Origin: Coraliomargarita sp.
Lineage (GTDB): Bacteria > Verrucomicrobiota > Verrucomicrobiia > Opitutales > Coraliomargaritaceae
Direction of reading: 5' to 3'
NCBI GenBank assembly: GCA_965216325.1
Contig: OZ244160.1
Location: 2,656,001-2,720,000 of the forward strand
Length of the DNA: 64,000 nucleotides
In this document: positions 1 to 12,690 of the stretch, piece by piece
How positions within the stretch are numbered: position 1 is the stretch's first letter
Layout: every line of letters begins with the position of its first letter
Position numbers and translations under genes: made by a program
Notes under the pieces: model-generated
The model's input: the letters and a program-made list of their open reading frames with translations, nothing else
Told to the model about the DNA's origin: nothing
Databases searched by the model: none

Positions 1-790
1 TGCCGAAGTCGCGTAGGTAATAGCCCACCGCCGGATTGTCCCAAGGGTAGCCCTCGGCAGTCAGCAAGGAACGCACGAATTGATCGTAGGGCACGTTGTA
101 GCGAATCTGTTCTTTGAGCCAGGGGACATAGTAGACGCCGCCATGACGTGATCCGTCTTGACCTGCTGTGCGTGCGCGCAGCACATCGGCCCAGAGGTTA
201 AAGTTGTGACTGACATAACCCGGTGAATCGAGCAGCTTGTCGACCAAGTCCGAGCGCTTGTGAGGATTACGATTATTCAGGAAGTGGACTGCTTCAGCGT
301 GAGTCGGAATGCGCCCGATAATGCGCAGGTAAGCACGGCGTAGGAAGGTAGCATCGTCAGTGTGTGGGCTTGGTTCGACGTCTTTGGCCTGCCAGTGCTT
401 CGCTAGGAGCTTGTCGATTTCACGACTCCATTTGAAGTGGTCTTGAACTTTGCGGACAGGAGCGACACTTGGGCTGTGACGCTCAGTGTAATTCGCGACG
501 GTCAGTCGTTTCGCGTTTTTTTCTTCGAGAATGTATTGTTGATCCTTGAGTGAGAACTGTTCGAGCGGAAACGTGTGAACGGTATTGGTATCCAATCGCT
601 TAAATTTGACCTCGTCTTTGTGGATCGAGAGCAGTTCGGCTTCGATCGTCTTGCCACGGATGTCCGTGAGGATGCGAGCGCTGAGCGGACTGAGGCCACA
701 CAGGGTGATTAGAATCAGAAGCAGGCGCTTCGAGGCGTTTGGTCTGGTGAGGTAGATGGCTTGATCCTTCCGGGCAGTATGATGAATCAA
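1..790 (-). CDS. DUF1549 (PSCyt2)-domain secreted protein, 5' part; runs off the window start
   Basis: Not in the ORF track; translated by hand from TTG at 790. Signal-like LLLILITLCGLSPLSA, SHD1-like RILTDIRGKTIEAELLS, then DUF1549 motifs DDATFLRRAYLRIIGRIPT, KRSDLVDKLLDSPGY, WADVLR, NVPYDQFVRSLLTAEG. Start uncertain. Confidence 0.85.
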   Translation of the reverse strand, partial: MIHHTARKDQAIYLTRPNASKRLLLILITLCGLSPLSARILTDIRGKTIEAELLSIHKDEVKFKRLDTNTVHTFPLEQFSLKDQQYILEEKNAKRLTVANYTERHSPSVAPVRKVQDHFKWSREIDKLLAKHWQAKDVEPSPHTDDATFLRRAYLRIIGRIPTHAEAVHFLNNRNPHKRSDLVDKLLDSPGYVSHNFNLWADVLRARTAGQDGSRHGGVYYVPWLKEQIRYNVPYDQFVRSLLTAEGYPWDNPAVGYYLRDFG

Positions 791-891
791 TCTTGGGGTG
801 CCTTAATAGGCTGTTTTACTATGAAATCCTGTCAAATATAAGTGCATCGGCGCAGGGATCGTTCAGATCTGTAAAAGGTTGCAGATAAAAT

Positions 892-1737
892 TCATACAAG
901 ATTTAGGAGGCTGACTTCCGGGCGGCAGTTAAAGCGCATGCCGTGTAGATTGCCCACGCCGCGAGTGACGTGGATCTGCTTTGATTTCCAGGGGTGCAGG
1001 CCTTCGACAAAGCGGAGGTCGCGCACGGGTGCAAAGGGGCGCTGGCCCAAAATGGGTACGATGAGTTGGCCCCCGTGCGTGTGGCCGCAGAGCATGAGAT
1101 CCCACTGGTAGCCCTGCAGGTCGTCCTTGCAGTCCGGGTTATGCGCCAAGACGATGATGGCGGCTTCTGAACTACGATCCGTCTCCATGCACAGCTCAGG
1201 GTGCAGATCTTTGGCCCAGAGGTCGCCGAGGCCGATGAGGCGGATGGGTTGTCCGTTGATGGTTGTTTGTTGGCTCTGGTTGAAGAGTACGCGAACTCCG
1301 CTGTTTTCGAGGAGTGCCTGCATGAGCGAGAAGTCACTATATCCGTTGGAGCGTCCGGCCCAAGAGCCACCGTCATGATTGCCGACACAGGCGAAGGTTG
1401 GCACCCGATCGCTGAGTTTTTTTAGAATACGATGGTAGACCTCAGCTTGTTCGAGATGCCGAGTGATGAAGTCGCCAGTCAGGCATGCCATGTCGGGAGA
1501 CTCGGCAAGTCCGAGATCGATGGAGCGTTCAATCAACTCGTAGGGGACATCCGGCGAGGCGTGAAAGTCGGAGAGGTGAAGCAGTTTGAGTGAGTGCTGG
1601 AGGTTCGGCAGGTGCACAGTCTTGGTGGTGACCTCGAGCCAGTCGGGTTCAATGAAACGCATATATGCAGCAGCTCCGCCTGCAGCAGCAAGGCCACTGG
1701 CGCAGAGTTTCAAAAAACGCTTACGGGTTAGTTTCAT
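892..1737 (-). CDS. Metallophosphoesterase, YaeI/YkuE type, with Tat-like N-terminus
   Basis: Motifs DFH, GDF, GNHD, GHTHGGQ; N-terminal TRKRFLK plus hydrophobic stretch. Confidence 0.9.
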   Translation of the reverse strand: MKLTRKRFLKLCASGLAAAGGAAAYMRFIEPDWLEVTTKTVHLPNLQHSLKLLHLSDFHASPDVPYELIERSIDLGLAESPDMACLTGDFITRHLEQAEVYHRILKKLSDRVPTFACVGNHDGGSWAGRSNGYSDFSLMQALLENSGVRVLFNQSQQTTINGQPIRLIGLGDLWAKDLHPELCMETDRSSEAAIIVLAHNPDCKDDLQGYQWDLMLCGHTHGGQLIVPILGQRPFAPVRDLRFVEGLHPWKSKQIHVTRGVGNLHGMRFNCRPEVSLLNLV

Positions 1738-1976
1738 GGGGTAAACGGTATGGTCGGCTGAGTCGATAGGACCCTTTGTTATGACCTTCGTTCCATTGAG
1801 TGTGTTTGTTTAGTCTATGGGCTGCGCTACGCACTGTGCAAGACGGCTGAGGCGCTTTTGGTGTGGATTATAATGGAGGCAGAGCTTGCAATCCAAACGG
1901 TGAAACTGCACGTTGATCTCTACTTCCTTATTTCTCGTAAGCGATCCTCCTTGCTTAAGTTACACTAACATCTCGT

Positions 1977-3107
1977 ATGGCGCATTCAGATGTATCCAGT
2001 TCATTGGTTCTGTTAGCTGACGGTGACGTATCCGTGCGTTTGGGAACTTGGATTGAGCTGACTAATCCCGAGGAGATCTTGTTTCATTTTGAGGCGAAGC
2101 TACGCAGTGCCGCCAAATTGGGTTGCGTGCGTTTTGAAGGTTCCGACAGTTATGCGCGTGAGGATGCGCTGGTCGTTGCCGTGCTGGTAGGGATGTTGCA
2201 GACCGCGAAAGAGGTGGGCTTTACTTGGGAGACCTCGGGTCTGACCTCAGCAGTGCAAAAGCTCGTCGATATCTCATTGGCGGTGCCTGCGCGTGCTCCG
2301 AAGGAGCCGGAGAAGGACAACTTCGTCGTGCGCTTGGGCGAATCGGTGCTTGGAGCCATCAAGGATTCGCGCGCGATCTTTGAGTTTACCGGTGAGTTGA
2401 TGTATTGCTTTGGTCTGTTGCTGATTGGTAAGGCGCGCTTTCGCAGATCAGACTTCTGGGTAACCTTACAGAGCTGTGGTGTGTCGGCCCTGCCGATTGT
2501 TGGACTCATCTCGGTATTGGTCGGTATTATCTTGGCCTTTGTGGGGGGCGTGCAGCTGCAGAAGTTTGGCGCGACCATCTTTGTGGTCGACCTCGTCGCG
2601 CTCGCGATGGCGCGTGAGATGGGCTGTATCATGACGGGGGTGATCATGAGTGGCCGCACGGGCGCATCGTTCGCGGCGCAGATCGGTAGTATGAATGTCA
2701 ATGAGGAGGTGGATGCGCTCGAGACACTGGGCTTCTCGGCGATGGAGTATTTGGTGCTGCCTCGGGCTTTGGCCATGGTGCTGATGATGCCCTTGCTGAC
2801 GATTTACTCGGATGTGCTGGGCTGTATCGGTGGCTTTATTGTGGCGGCGCCCATGGGGATTAGTCCGAATCAGTTTTGGACCCAGCTGGTGGGCTCGATG
2901 ACGTTGACACATATCGGTGTCGGTATCTTTAAGTCCTTCTTCTTTGGCGTCATTGTTGCCGGCACTGGTTGCTATTACGGTCTGCGCAGTGGACGTAGTT
3001 CGGCCTCGGTTGGCGATGCGGCAACCAAGGCGGTGGTGGCGGGTATTACGTGGATCATTGTGCTCGATGCGGTGTTCGCGTTTCTCTTTCAACTCTTGGA
3101 GATCTAG
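1977..3107 (+). CDS. mlaE: MlaE-family ABC permease with STAS-like N-terminal extension
   Basis: REMGCIMTGVIMSGRTGASFAAQIGSM, EEVDALETLG, VGDAATKAVV. Confidence 0.9.
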   Translation: MAHSDVSSSLVLLADGDVSVRLGTWIELTNPEEILFHFEAKLRSAAKLGCVRFEGSDSYAREDALVVAVLVGMLQTAKEVGFTWETSGLTSAVQKLVDISLAVPARAPKEPEKDNFVVRLGESVLGAIKDSRAIFEFTGELMYCFGLLLIGKARFRRSDFWVTLQSCGVSALPIVGLISVLVGIILAFVGGVQLQKFGATIFVVDLVALAMAREMGCIMTGVIMSGRTGASFAAQIGSMNVNEEVDALETLGFSAMEYLVLPRALAMVLMMPLLTIYSDVLGCIGGFIVAAPMGISPNQFWTQLVGSMTLTHIGVGIFKSFFFGVIVAGTGCYYGLRSGRSSASVGDAATKAVVAGITWIIVLDAVFAFLFQLLEI

Positions 3108-3899
3108 ATGGCAGACAAGGATACCAGAGAGGCACATATCGAGGTCAAGGATCTGACGATGGCCTATGGTGATTTCGTGCTCATGCGTGATTTGAATTTC
3201 ACGATTAAGCGCGGCGATGTGTTCATCATCATGGGGGGGAGTGGCTGTGGTAAGTCGACTCTGATGCGGCACTTGATTGGCCTGAAAGCGCCGGCGAAAG
3301 GTGACATCCTCTACAACGGCAGTTCCTTTGTCAGCTCCTCGGTTCAGGAGCGTCTGGCGATGATCCGCCGTTTCGGTGTGATGTATCAGAGTGGGGCGCT
3401 GTGGTCGTCGATGACCTTGGCAGAGAATGTGGCCTTACCCTTGCAGGAGTATACCGACTACACGCCGCAACAGGTGCGCAGTATAGTTTCGTATAAGTTA
3501 TCTTTGGTCGGCTTAGCGGGCTTTGAAGACTTTTATCCGTCGGAGATTAGTGGCGGTATGGCGAAGCGCGCAGGTGTTGCCCGTGCGTTGGCGCTCGACC
3601 CTGAGGTTTTGTATTTGGATGAGCCCTCTGCTGGCTTGGACCCTCTGAGTGCGCGTCGTTTGGACGAGATGATTCTCGAACTGAGTGAAAGCTTGGGGAT
3701 GACCATCGTGGTGGTGACTCACGAATTGGAGAGCATCTTTTTAATTGGCAATAACTCGGTGTTCTTGGACGTGACTGAGCGCACGATGGGCGCGACGGGT
3801 GACCCTAAGAACTTACGTGACCACTGTTCGAATCCGATGATTCGGGATTTTCTATTGCGAGGCGAATTGCATGAACTCGAAGCGAGTTCGGACTCCTAG
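3108..3899 (+). CDS. mlaF: MlaF-family ABC ATP-binding protein
   Basis: Walker A GGSGCGKS, signature ISGGM, LYLDEPSAGLDP. Confidence 0.92.
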   Translation: MADKDTREAHIEVKDLTMAYGDFVLMRDLNFTIKRGDVFIIMGGSGCGKSTLMRHLIGLKAPAKGDILYNGSSFVSSSVQERLAMIRRFGVMYQSGALWSSMTLAENVALPLQEYTDYTPQQVRSIVSYKLSLVGLAGFEDFYPSEISGGMAKRAGVARALALDPEVLYLDEPSAGLDPLSARRLDEMILELSESLGMTIVVVTHELESIFLIGNNSVFLDVTERTMGATGDPKNLRDHCSNPMIRDFLLRGELHELEASSDS

Positions 3900-3925
3900 A
3901 AGACAGACTTTTAACCACACAAGCT

Positions 3926-4936
3926 ATGAATAAACGTGCTAACTTTTTTGCGATTGGATTGTTTGTAATCGTCGCTGGCATACTAGCGTTCGCATCCATC
4001 GTCATTTTTGGAGCCGGGCTGCTGAATAAGAATACCGTCGAGTTTATTGCAACCTTCCGGGGGTCAGCCAACGGCTTGCGCGAGGGCGCAAAAGTGAAAG
4101 CCTATGGGGTCGAAATTGGCTCGGTGAAGCGGGTGATGCTTCAGCAGGTCAATGACGGTCATGAGATCGTGATCCCTGTTTTGATTGAATTGGATCTGGA
4201 TCAGGCTGCGGAGTTGGGTGGGAGTCAGCCAGGTGAGACCTATACGGATGAAGATTACCGCCGTAGTATGGAGGCAGGCATGCATGCGAAGTTAGAGGCC
4301 GAGAGTCTGGTGACTGGGATGCTGTATGTGGAGTTGCTGCATGGCTTGAATCGTGAGGGCTATGTTTTGGAACATGAGCGCTTTGCCGCTTATTATAGTA
4401 TTCCGACAGTGCCAACGGACTTAGAATTGATGGTTAAAGCACTGGAGTCGGTGGTGCAGCATTTGGGAGGCACGGATATTCTGGGCTTAATCGAGGAGTC
4501 GAAGGGCTTGATTACCGATATTCGTAGGGAGTTGAATGCTGCCAACCTTGCTGCCGTCGGATCGAGTGCTGAGGGCTTGTTAGTCGACGCACGCAAGAAA
4601 CTCAATAGTGAGCAGGCGGACGAGATCATTCGTGAGTTTGCATTGGCGATGAAGAATTACCGTCAGTTTGCTGAGTTCTTGAATCAACGTGGAGGCCAGA
4701 CCATGGATGGTTTTGATGAAGCCTTTAAGCAGTTGGATTCCAGCTTAGCAGAGCTACAGGTGATGTCGGAGAGTGCCAACGTGTGGTTGGATCCAAAGAA
4801 TCCAATGTATAATGAGATTATTCGTTCGCTGGACCAGTTGAACGATACCTCCTTGGCGCTTCAGTCCTTCCTTGAATATCTAGAGCGTAACCCGAATGCG
4901 CTCATCACCGGCAAATCAACTGACGATCTAGAATAA
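3926..4936 (+). CDS. mlaD: MlaD/MCE-domain protein
   Basis: N-terminal TM helix, GLREGAKVKAYGVEIGSV, C-terminal LERNPNALITG. Confidence 0.9.
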   Translation: MNKRANFFAIGLFVIVAGILAFASIVIFGAGLLNKNTVEFIATFRGSANGLREGAKVKAYGVEIGSVKRVMLQQVNDGHEIVIPVLIELDLDQAAELGGSQPGETYTDEDYRRSMEAGMHAKLEAESLVTGMLYVELLHGLNREGYVLEHERFAAYYSIPTVPTDLELMVKALESVVQHLGGTDILGLIEESKGLITDIRRELNAANLAAVGSSAEGLLVDARKKLNSEQADEIIREFALAMKNYRQFAEFLNQRGGQTMDGFDEAFKQLDSSLAELQVMSESANVWLDPKNPMYNEIIRSLDQLNDTSLALQSFLEYLERNPNALITGKSTDDLE

Positions 4937-5559
4937 TGAACCGACACATGACACATACCTTTTCTTTCTTTACGGCTCTGTGCTTCGTCTTGTTGAGCGC
5001 TGGCTGCACCTCATTGGATGTTCTGGAGCCGAAGCCGGATGTTTCGAAATTCTATTTCTTGGATCACTCGGAGATCTTGAAGGGGCACAGCGTGAGTCCG
5101 GATGGTGAGACCGTGCTGTTAGAATTCTCAAGCATGGCAAAGTATTTGGATCAGCGCCCAATTACTCTGATCTCGGGGCCTAATCAGTTGAAGTTTGCTG
5201 AGTTTCATCGTTGGGGTGAGCCGCTGGAAGCGAGTGTGAATCATATCCTGCTCTCCTGTGTGGCGCGAGAGTTGAGCACGACACGAGTTGCCTTTAAGAA
5301 TCTATCGCGTGGTGAAGAATGGGATCATCGTGTTGGCTATCACATCTACAAATTAGGCGGGTCCGTAGATGGTCCAGTCGTGCTCGAAGTCAGCTGGTGG
5401 CATACGGGTGCCGACGGCAAACGCAACTTTAAGCGCTCGACTCATGAAGCCGAGGTGGTCAACGGGTCCTCAAGCGACTTAACCGGTTATGTTCAAGCCA
5501 TCGAAGCAGTCGTCGTCGAATGGTCGATGGAAGTGAGCAACACCTTGGCAGAAGAGTAG
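4936..5559 (+). CDS. PqiC-family ABC auxiliary lipoprotein
   Basis: Lipobox LSAGC, YLDQRPI, HRWGEPL; last gene of the mla operon. Confidence 0.85.
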   Translation: MNRHMTHTFSFFTALCFVLLSAGCTSLDVLEPKPDVSKFYFLDHSEILKGHSVSPDGETVLLEFSSMAKYLDQRPITLISGPNQLKFAEFHRWGEPLEASVNHILLSCVARELSTTRVAFKNLSRGEEWDHRVGYHIYKLGGSVDGPVVLEVSWWHTGADGKRNFKRSTHEAEVVNGSSSDLTGYVQAIEAVVVEWSMEVSNTLAEE

Positions 5560-5712
5560 TGGGGTGCTTGCGCCACCCGCATTTAGTATCGCCTTCAGGA
5601 CCTTGTGGCTGGCTGTAAGGTATCGCCTTTAGTATACGTGTTTCGTTACACGCTCATAGCTGCACCGTGTCAGCTCTAAGAGCGTTTGCTAAAGCTGCAC
5701 GCTACGTTTTTG

Positions 5713-6369
<657 letters not shown>

Positions 6370-6382
6370 CTAAGTCTCAGTC

Positions 6383-6420
6383 AGAGTATGATTAAGATTA
6401 GGATTACGATTAAGGGTTAA
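6383..6420. repeat. Tandem hexamer arm (GAKTAN)n, single arm
   Basis: gagtat gattaa gattag gattac gattaa; same unit as 38659-38741 and 51087-51166. Confidence 0.75.
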
Positions 6421-7305
<885 letters not shown>

Positions 7306-7340
7306 TGGATTTGTCTTTTAAATGTGAACCTTGTGTGCGT

Positions 7341-8534
<1,194 letters not shown>

Positions 8535-8672
8535 AGGTCTTTAGTTAGTAAAGATTTCTCGAAAAGTTGGCTTTAATGCCAACGCTCATCCGGCGGCGCA
8601 ACTTCTTTCGTTCCGGTTTTCGGAAAAGAAAGCGTCGGGTAGATGAATGAAATTCATTTAAGCCAGAGTGAA

Positions 8673-8738
8673 GTAGTTCAGGCGTCTCGCCTGAGTTTTT
8701 GTTTGGCTTAGATTTAACAGGCGGGACGCCTGTTTTAC
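8673..8738. repeat. REP-like dyad, CAGGC family
   Basis: GTAG-ttcaggcgtctcgcctga ... acaggcgggacgcctgt-TTTAC; relatives at 41636 and 55835. Confidence 0.75.
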
Positions 8739-8742
8739 TTTC

Positions 8743-9819
8743 TTACAATGCGCAACCATCTGCGGTTTCGCAGTTGGGGCGGGCGATTAGCCCCTTGATC
8801 GGCTCGTCTGGAAACAACTGCTCGGCACGGCCATTTTCGATGAGGTGCTGGTCGCAAATTCGATCGAGGTCCGCCTTCGATTTGGTGCGGCGCATATCGT
8901 GGAGGAATTTGCCATCCACATCGACCCCGAGTCCAACGAAGTTCAAGAATTTCTTCAAATGGTTGATGTGGTAGATGCCCTCGCGATCGGGGATTGTGGT
9001 CGCGTCAAAGAGGTCATCGACATACTGGCGCACATCTGCGAGTGTGGGCTTGAAGACTGCTTCGCCGGCAAAGTGCTCGCGGTGCTGACGGAAAATCCAT
9101 GGATTGCGGATACAATGACGTCCGATCATCAGGCCGGCGGCTCCAGTCTGGTCGAGCACCCATTGCCCCTTTTTGACAGAGGTTACATTGCCGTTGGCGA
9201 GAACGGGGCAGGCAACGCGTTCCACCGCGCGCTTGATATATTCGTAGTGCACCTCGCTGCGGTAGGCCTCCTTGACGGTTCGGGCATGAAGACTCAGCAG
9301 ATCGACCTTATGTTTATTGATCAGATCAAGAATGGTCTCAAAGTTGCGGTCGTCCTCGAAACCGATACGCATTTTGACGGTGAAACGACCTTCTACGGTT
9401 TCGCGCAGGCAGCTGAGGATCTCGTCGATCTTGGCAGGATCGCGTAGCAGGCCACCGCCGACGTTCTTCTTGTAAACTTTGGGAGCAGGGCAGCCCATGT
9501 TCAGATCGATGCCTGCGATGGGCAGCTTGGTCTCGTGCATCGCCACTACCGTGCGTTGAAGATCGGGCAGGCTTTCGCCAATCATTTGCGCGAATATCGG
9601 TCGACCAGTGCCATTCAGGCAGATGGAATCAACAATGTGTTGATCCAGTGTCGAGTGCCCATGCACTCGGAAATATTCGGTAAAGAGCAAGTCGGGTGCA
9701 CCATACTTGCCGAGCAATTTCATAAACGGCAGCGTCGTGACGTCCTGCATCGGGGCCAGCGCAGTGACGGGAGGCGTTGCGCCCAGAACGTCGAACTTCG
9801 AACTTTGAACATCGAACAT
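8743..9819 (-). CDS. tRNA-dihydrouridine synthase family protein
   Basis: LAPMQDVT, IDLNMGCP, TVKMRIG, ANGNV, MIGR; start lies inside a repeat arm. Confidence 0.92.
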   Translation of the reverse strand: MFDVQSSKFDVLGATPPVTALAPMQDVTTLPFMKLLGKYGAPDLLFTEYFRVHGHSTLDQHIVDSICLNGTGRPIFAQMIGESLPDLQRTVVAMHETKLPIAGIDLNMGCPAPKVYKKNVGGGLLRDPAKIDEILSCLRETVEGRFTVKMRIGFEDDRNFETILDLINKHKVDLLSLHARTVKEAYRSEVHYEYIKRAVERVACPVLANGNVTSVKKGQWVLDQTGAAGLMIGRHCIRNPWIFRQHREHFAGEAVFKPTLADVRQYVDDLFDATTIPDREGIYHINHLKKFLNFVGLGVDVDGKFLHDMRRTKSKADLDRICDQHLIENGRAEQLFPDEPIKGLIARPNCETADGCAL

Positions 9820-9889
9820 CGAATTTTCTATTCTATTGGTTTGAATGAGCGTTCAACATTCGGTGTTCGATGTTGAACGTTCAATGTTC
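9786..9889. repeat. Inverted-arm tandem heptamer element (GAACRTC)n ... (GAYGTTC)n
   Basis: gaacgtc gaacttc gaacttt gaacatc gaacatc / ggtgttc gatgttg aacgttc aatgttc. Confidence 0.85.
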
Positions 9890-9891
9890 GG

Positions 9892-10338
9892 CTACTCCTG
9901 GTTCTGCTTGAGAATCTTGGCGAGGATTTCGGTCATGTCGTCGACAGAGTCCAGCACTTCTTGGGACACGTAGATTGGCTTTTGAGCCATCAGCGCCATG
10001 ACAATCGAGTCGCTCGGGCGGGCGTCGAGCTCGATGATTTTATGGCCTAGCTCGTTCTCCATCGATACGATCAAGCGTGCGAAGAAGGTACTCTCTTCCA
10101 CGTCGTTGATGACCATCCGCTCCACTTCGGCTCCTAGGCCGTCGAGCATCGTCATCATCAGGTCGTGGGTCATCGGCCGTTCGAGTTGTTCGCCGTTCGC
10201 GGCGCGTTGAATCGCCGTGCCGATTCCCTGGTCGACGTAAATGACGAATGTCTTCGCGTCGTTACCCAAAAAAACGGCGCAACCGTTCGAAGTCGGCATG
10301 ACGCCTTTGACGTTTATCTGAACAACGCTGTGATCCAT
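9892..10338 (-). CDS. Bifunctional nuclease family protein (DUF151)
   Basis: RPMTHDL, FFARL, LDARPSDSI. Confidence 0.9.
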   Translation of the reverse strand: MDHSVVQINVKGVMPTSNGCAVFLGNDAKTFVIYVDQGIGTAIQRAANGEQLERPMTHDLMMTMLDGLGAEVERMVINDVEESTFFARLIVSMENELGHKIIELDARPSDSIVMALMAQKPIYVSQEVLDSVDDMTEILAKILKQNQE

Positions 10339-10433
10339 ATGTTTCCAGCACTATGACTGGTCGCAGTTCTTCCTTCAAGCTCTGATGAGCGGTGTTCTGT
10401 CGCTATTCTCTAAGGGCGTTTCGGGGACATAAT

Positions 10434-10460
10434 GTAGAGGCGGCAAGATGCCGCTTCTAC
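10434..10460. repeat. Single REP-like palindrome GTAG...CTAC
   Basis: gtagaggcggcaagatgccgcttctac; degenerate relative at 46655-46678. Confidence 0.65.
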
Positions 10461-10467
10461 TTTACTG

Positions 10468-12381
10468 TTAAGACTCGGCCTGAATTTGGTTCGGGCTTTG
10501 TGAGAGTGCAGTGATGCGGTCCAAGACACGCTGAAGAATACTCGCCCCATCCAAGCCGACTGTTTCGCGCAGGGCACTTACCGAGCTGCCGTGTTCGATG
10601 AATTCGTCGGGCCAGCCGATACGTTCGACCGGTTTGAAGCAGTTATTATTCTGGAGTGCTTCAATGACTGCGGTGCCGAAGCCACCGGTGATTACATGGT
10701 CTTCCATAGTAACGATGAGCTTGGTCTTCTTCGCGCTTTGCAGCAGAGCATCTTCATCGAGTGGCTTGGCAAAGCGGGCATTCACCACACCTGCCTTAAC
10801 TCCATGTTCGCTGAGGCGGGCGGCTAGTTTTTCGGCATCAGCCACCATGCTGCCAATTGCCCAGATGTCGATTTCACCTGCGTCCTGTAGGCGCTTGGAC
10901 TTACCGATCTTAATGGCTTCCGGGAAGTGCTTCATCGGCGCACCGACAGCGTTGCCACGCGGATAGCGAATGAACGCTGGGCCTTGATAAGCGAGACCGG
11001 TAGCCATCATGTCGGCAAGCTCGTCTTCGTTGCTTGGTGCCATGATGACTGCCTTAGGCACGCAGCGCAGATAGCTGATATCGAACAAACCGTGGTGCGT
11101 TGCGCCGTCGTTTGGCGATAGACCTGCACGGTCCATGCAGAACAGGACTGGCAGGTCTTGCAGGGCCACGTCGTGCACGATCTGGTCGAACGCGCGCTGT
11201 AGGAAAGTGGAATAAATAGCGCAGACTGGATGGAAGCCGGAGGTGGCCATGCCAGCGGCGAAAAGCACCGCGTGTTCTTCGGCGATACCAACGTCGAAGA
11301 ATTGCTCAGGTAGCGTTTCTTCGAGAATATTCAAGCCGGTGCCAGCAGGCATCGCGGCGGTGATGCCGACAACGTTTTTGTCCTCTTTTGCCAATTTCAC
11401 CAGGGTCTCACCCATGACGTCCTGATACTTCGGTGCCTTCGGACCCAAGCTTGGCAGGCCTTTGCCAGTGTGGACATCAAATGGGCTCGCTCCGTGGAAG
11501 CGCTCAGGATTGTTGATCGCAACATCGTAGCCCTTACCCTTGGTGGTGAGCACGTGTAGTAGGACGGGTTGCTCAGCGTTTTTGGCAAATTCGAGGTAGT
11601 GCTCGACCTGCTTGAGGTCGTGGCCGTCGATTGGGCCGATGTAGCGCACGTTGTATTTCTCGAATAGGGAGGAGGAGACGAAGAAGTCTTTGGTTTCCTT
11701 CTTCCACTTGGAGCCGAACTCGATCAACGATTCGCCGCCGGGCACCTTTTGTAGTAGTGACTCGATGTCGTCGTGTAGGCGGTTGTAGACCGGGTTGGTG
11801 ATCAGTTCGTTGAAGTAGCGGGGGAGGGCACCGACATTTTTGGCGATCGACCACTTGTTGTCGTTGAGGATGATGACGAGCTTCTTGGTGGAGGTGGCAA
11901 CGTTGTTGAGTGCCTCCATGGTAATACCGCAGGTGAATGCGGCGTCGCCACAGAGTGCGACTACGTGTTCGTCGCTGCCACGCTGGTCGCGTGCTGAGGC
12001 CATGCCGAGTGCGGCAGAAAGTGCTGTGCCGGCGTGGCCCGCGCCAAAGGCGTCGTGTTCACTCTCGCTGCGATTGAGGAAGCCACTGAGACCATCGTTG
12101 AGGCGGAGCTTATCAAAGCGCTCGTCGTTGCGGCCAGTGAGCAACTTGTGAACGTAGCCTTGGTGGGCGACGTCGAAGACAAGGCGGTCCTTGGGCGTAT
12201 TGAAGACGCGGTGTAGGCCAATGGTCAGTTCCACGACGCCAAGATTGGGGCCTACGTGACCGCCGTTCTTGGATGTGGTGGCGATGATGCGTTCGCGAAT
12301 TTCTTCAGCGAGTTGTGGGAGTTCGTCGGTTGAGAGTGCTTTGACGTCCTCGGGGGACTGGATGCGCGCGAGTATGGACAT
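10468..12381 (-). CDS. dxs: 1-deoxy-D-xylulose-5-phosphate synthase
   Basis: GGHVGPNLGVVELT, GDAAFTCG..EALNN, DVGIAEEHAV, YSTFLQRAFDQ, DGATHHG. Confidence 0.97.
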   Translation of the reverse strand: MSILARIQSPEDVKALSTDELPQLAEEIRERIIATTSKNGGHVGPNLGVVELTIGLHRVFNTPKDRLVFDVAHQGYVHKLLTGRNDERFDKLRLNDGLSGFLNRSESEHDAFGAGHAGTALSAALGMASARDQRGSDEHVVALCGDAAFTCGITMEALNNVATSTKKLVIILNDNKWSIAKNVGALPRYFNELITNPVYNRLHDDIESLLQKVPGGESLIEFGSKWKKETKDFFVSSSLFEKYNVRYIGPIDGHDLKQVEHYLEFAKNAEQPVLLHVLTTKGKGYDVAINNPERFHGASPFDVHTGKGLPSLGPKAPKYQDVMGETLVKLAKEDKNVVGITAAMPAGTGLNILEETLPEQFFDVGIAEEHAVLFAAGMATSGFHPVCAIYSTFLQRAFDQIVHDVALQDLPVLFCMDRAGLSPNDGATHHGLFDISYLRCVPKAVIMAPSNEDELADMMATGLAYQGPAFIRYPRGNAVGAPMKHFPEAIKIGKSKRLQDAGEIDIWAIGSMVADAEKLAARLSEHGVKAGVVNARFAKPLDEDALLQSAKKTKLIVTMEDHVITGGFGTAVIEALQNNNCFKPVERIGWPDEFIEHGSSVSALRETVGLDGASILQRVLDRITALSQSPNQIQAES

Positions 12382-12430
12382 GCGGGAAATTTGGTAGGAG
12401 ACGACGCGGGTAGCGTGTGTATGCCCGTCT

Positions 12431-12670
12431 TTATGCTTCGGACTCGGGTAGTTCGATCGGTTCGAGCTCTCCGGTCTTTAGGTTTAGCTGCTCAATCTTG
12501 AGTTCAGCTTCTTTCAGTTTTTCTTGGCACACCTTGAGCAGCTTAGAGCCTTCTTCGAATTTCGCAACTAGATCGGCAAGTGCGGTTTCACCATCTTCCA
12601 TCGATTGGATGATGGTTTCGAGTTGTTCGAGTGCGTCTTCGAATTGAAGTTCCTGTGCTTTCTTGGCCAT
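12431..12670 (-). CDS. xseB: Exodeoxyribonuclease VII small subunit
   Basis: FEDALEQLETII..ME.G..L...FEEG; lies upstream of dxs. Confidence 0.93.
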   Translation of the reverse strand: MAKKAQELQFEDALEQLETIIQSMEDGETALADLVAKFEEGSKLLKVCQEKLKEAELKIEQLNLKTGELEPIELPESEA

Positions 12671-12690
12671 TAGAGGGAGTTGAGTGCTGA

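Noticed and set aside
5560..5712. GTATCGCCTT twice plus a small hairpin between convergent genes
   Set aside because: Only two 10-bp copies; no further structure
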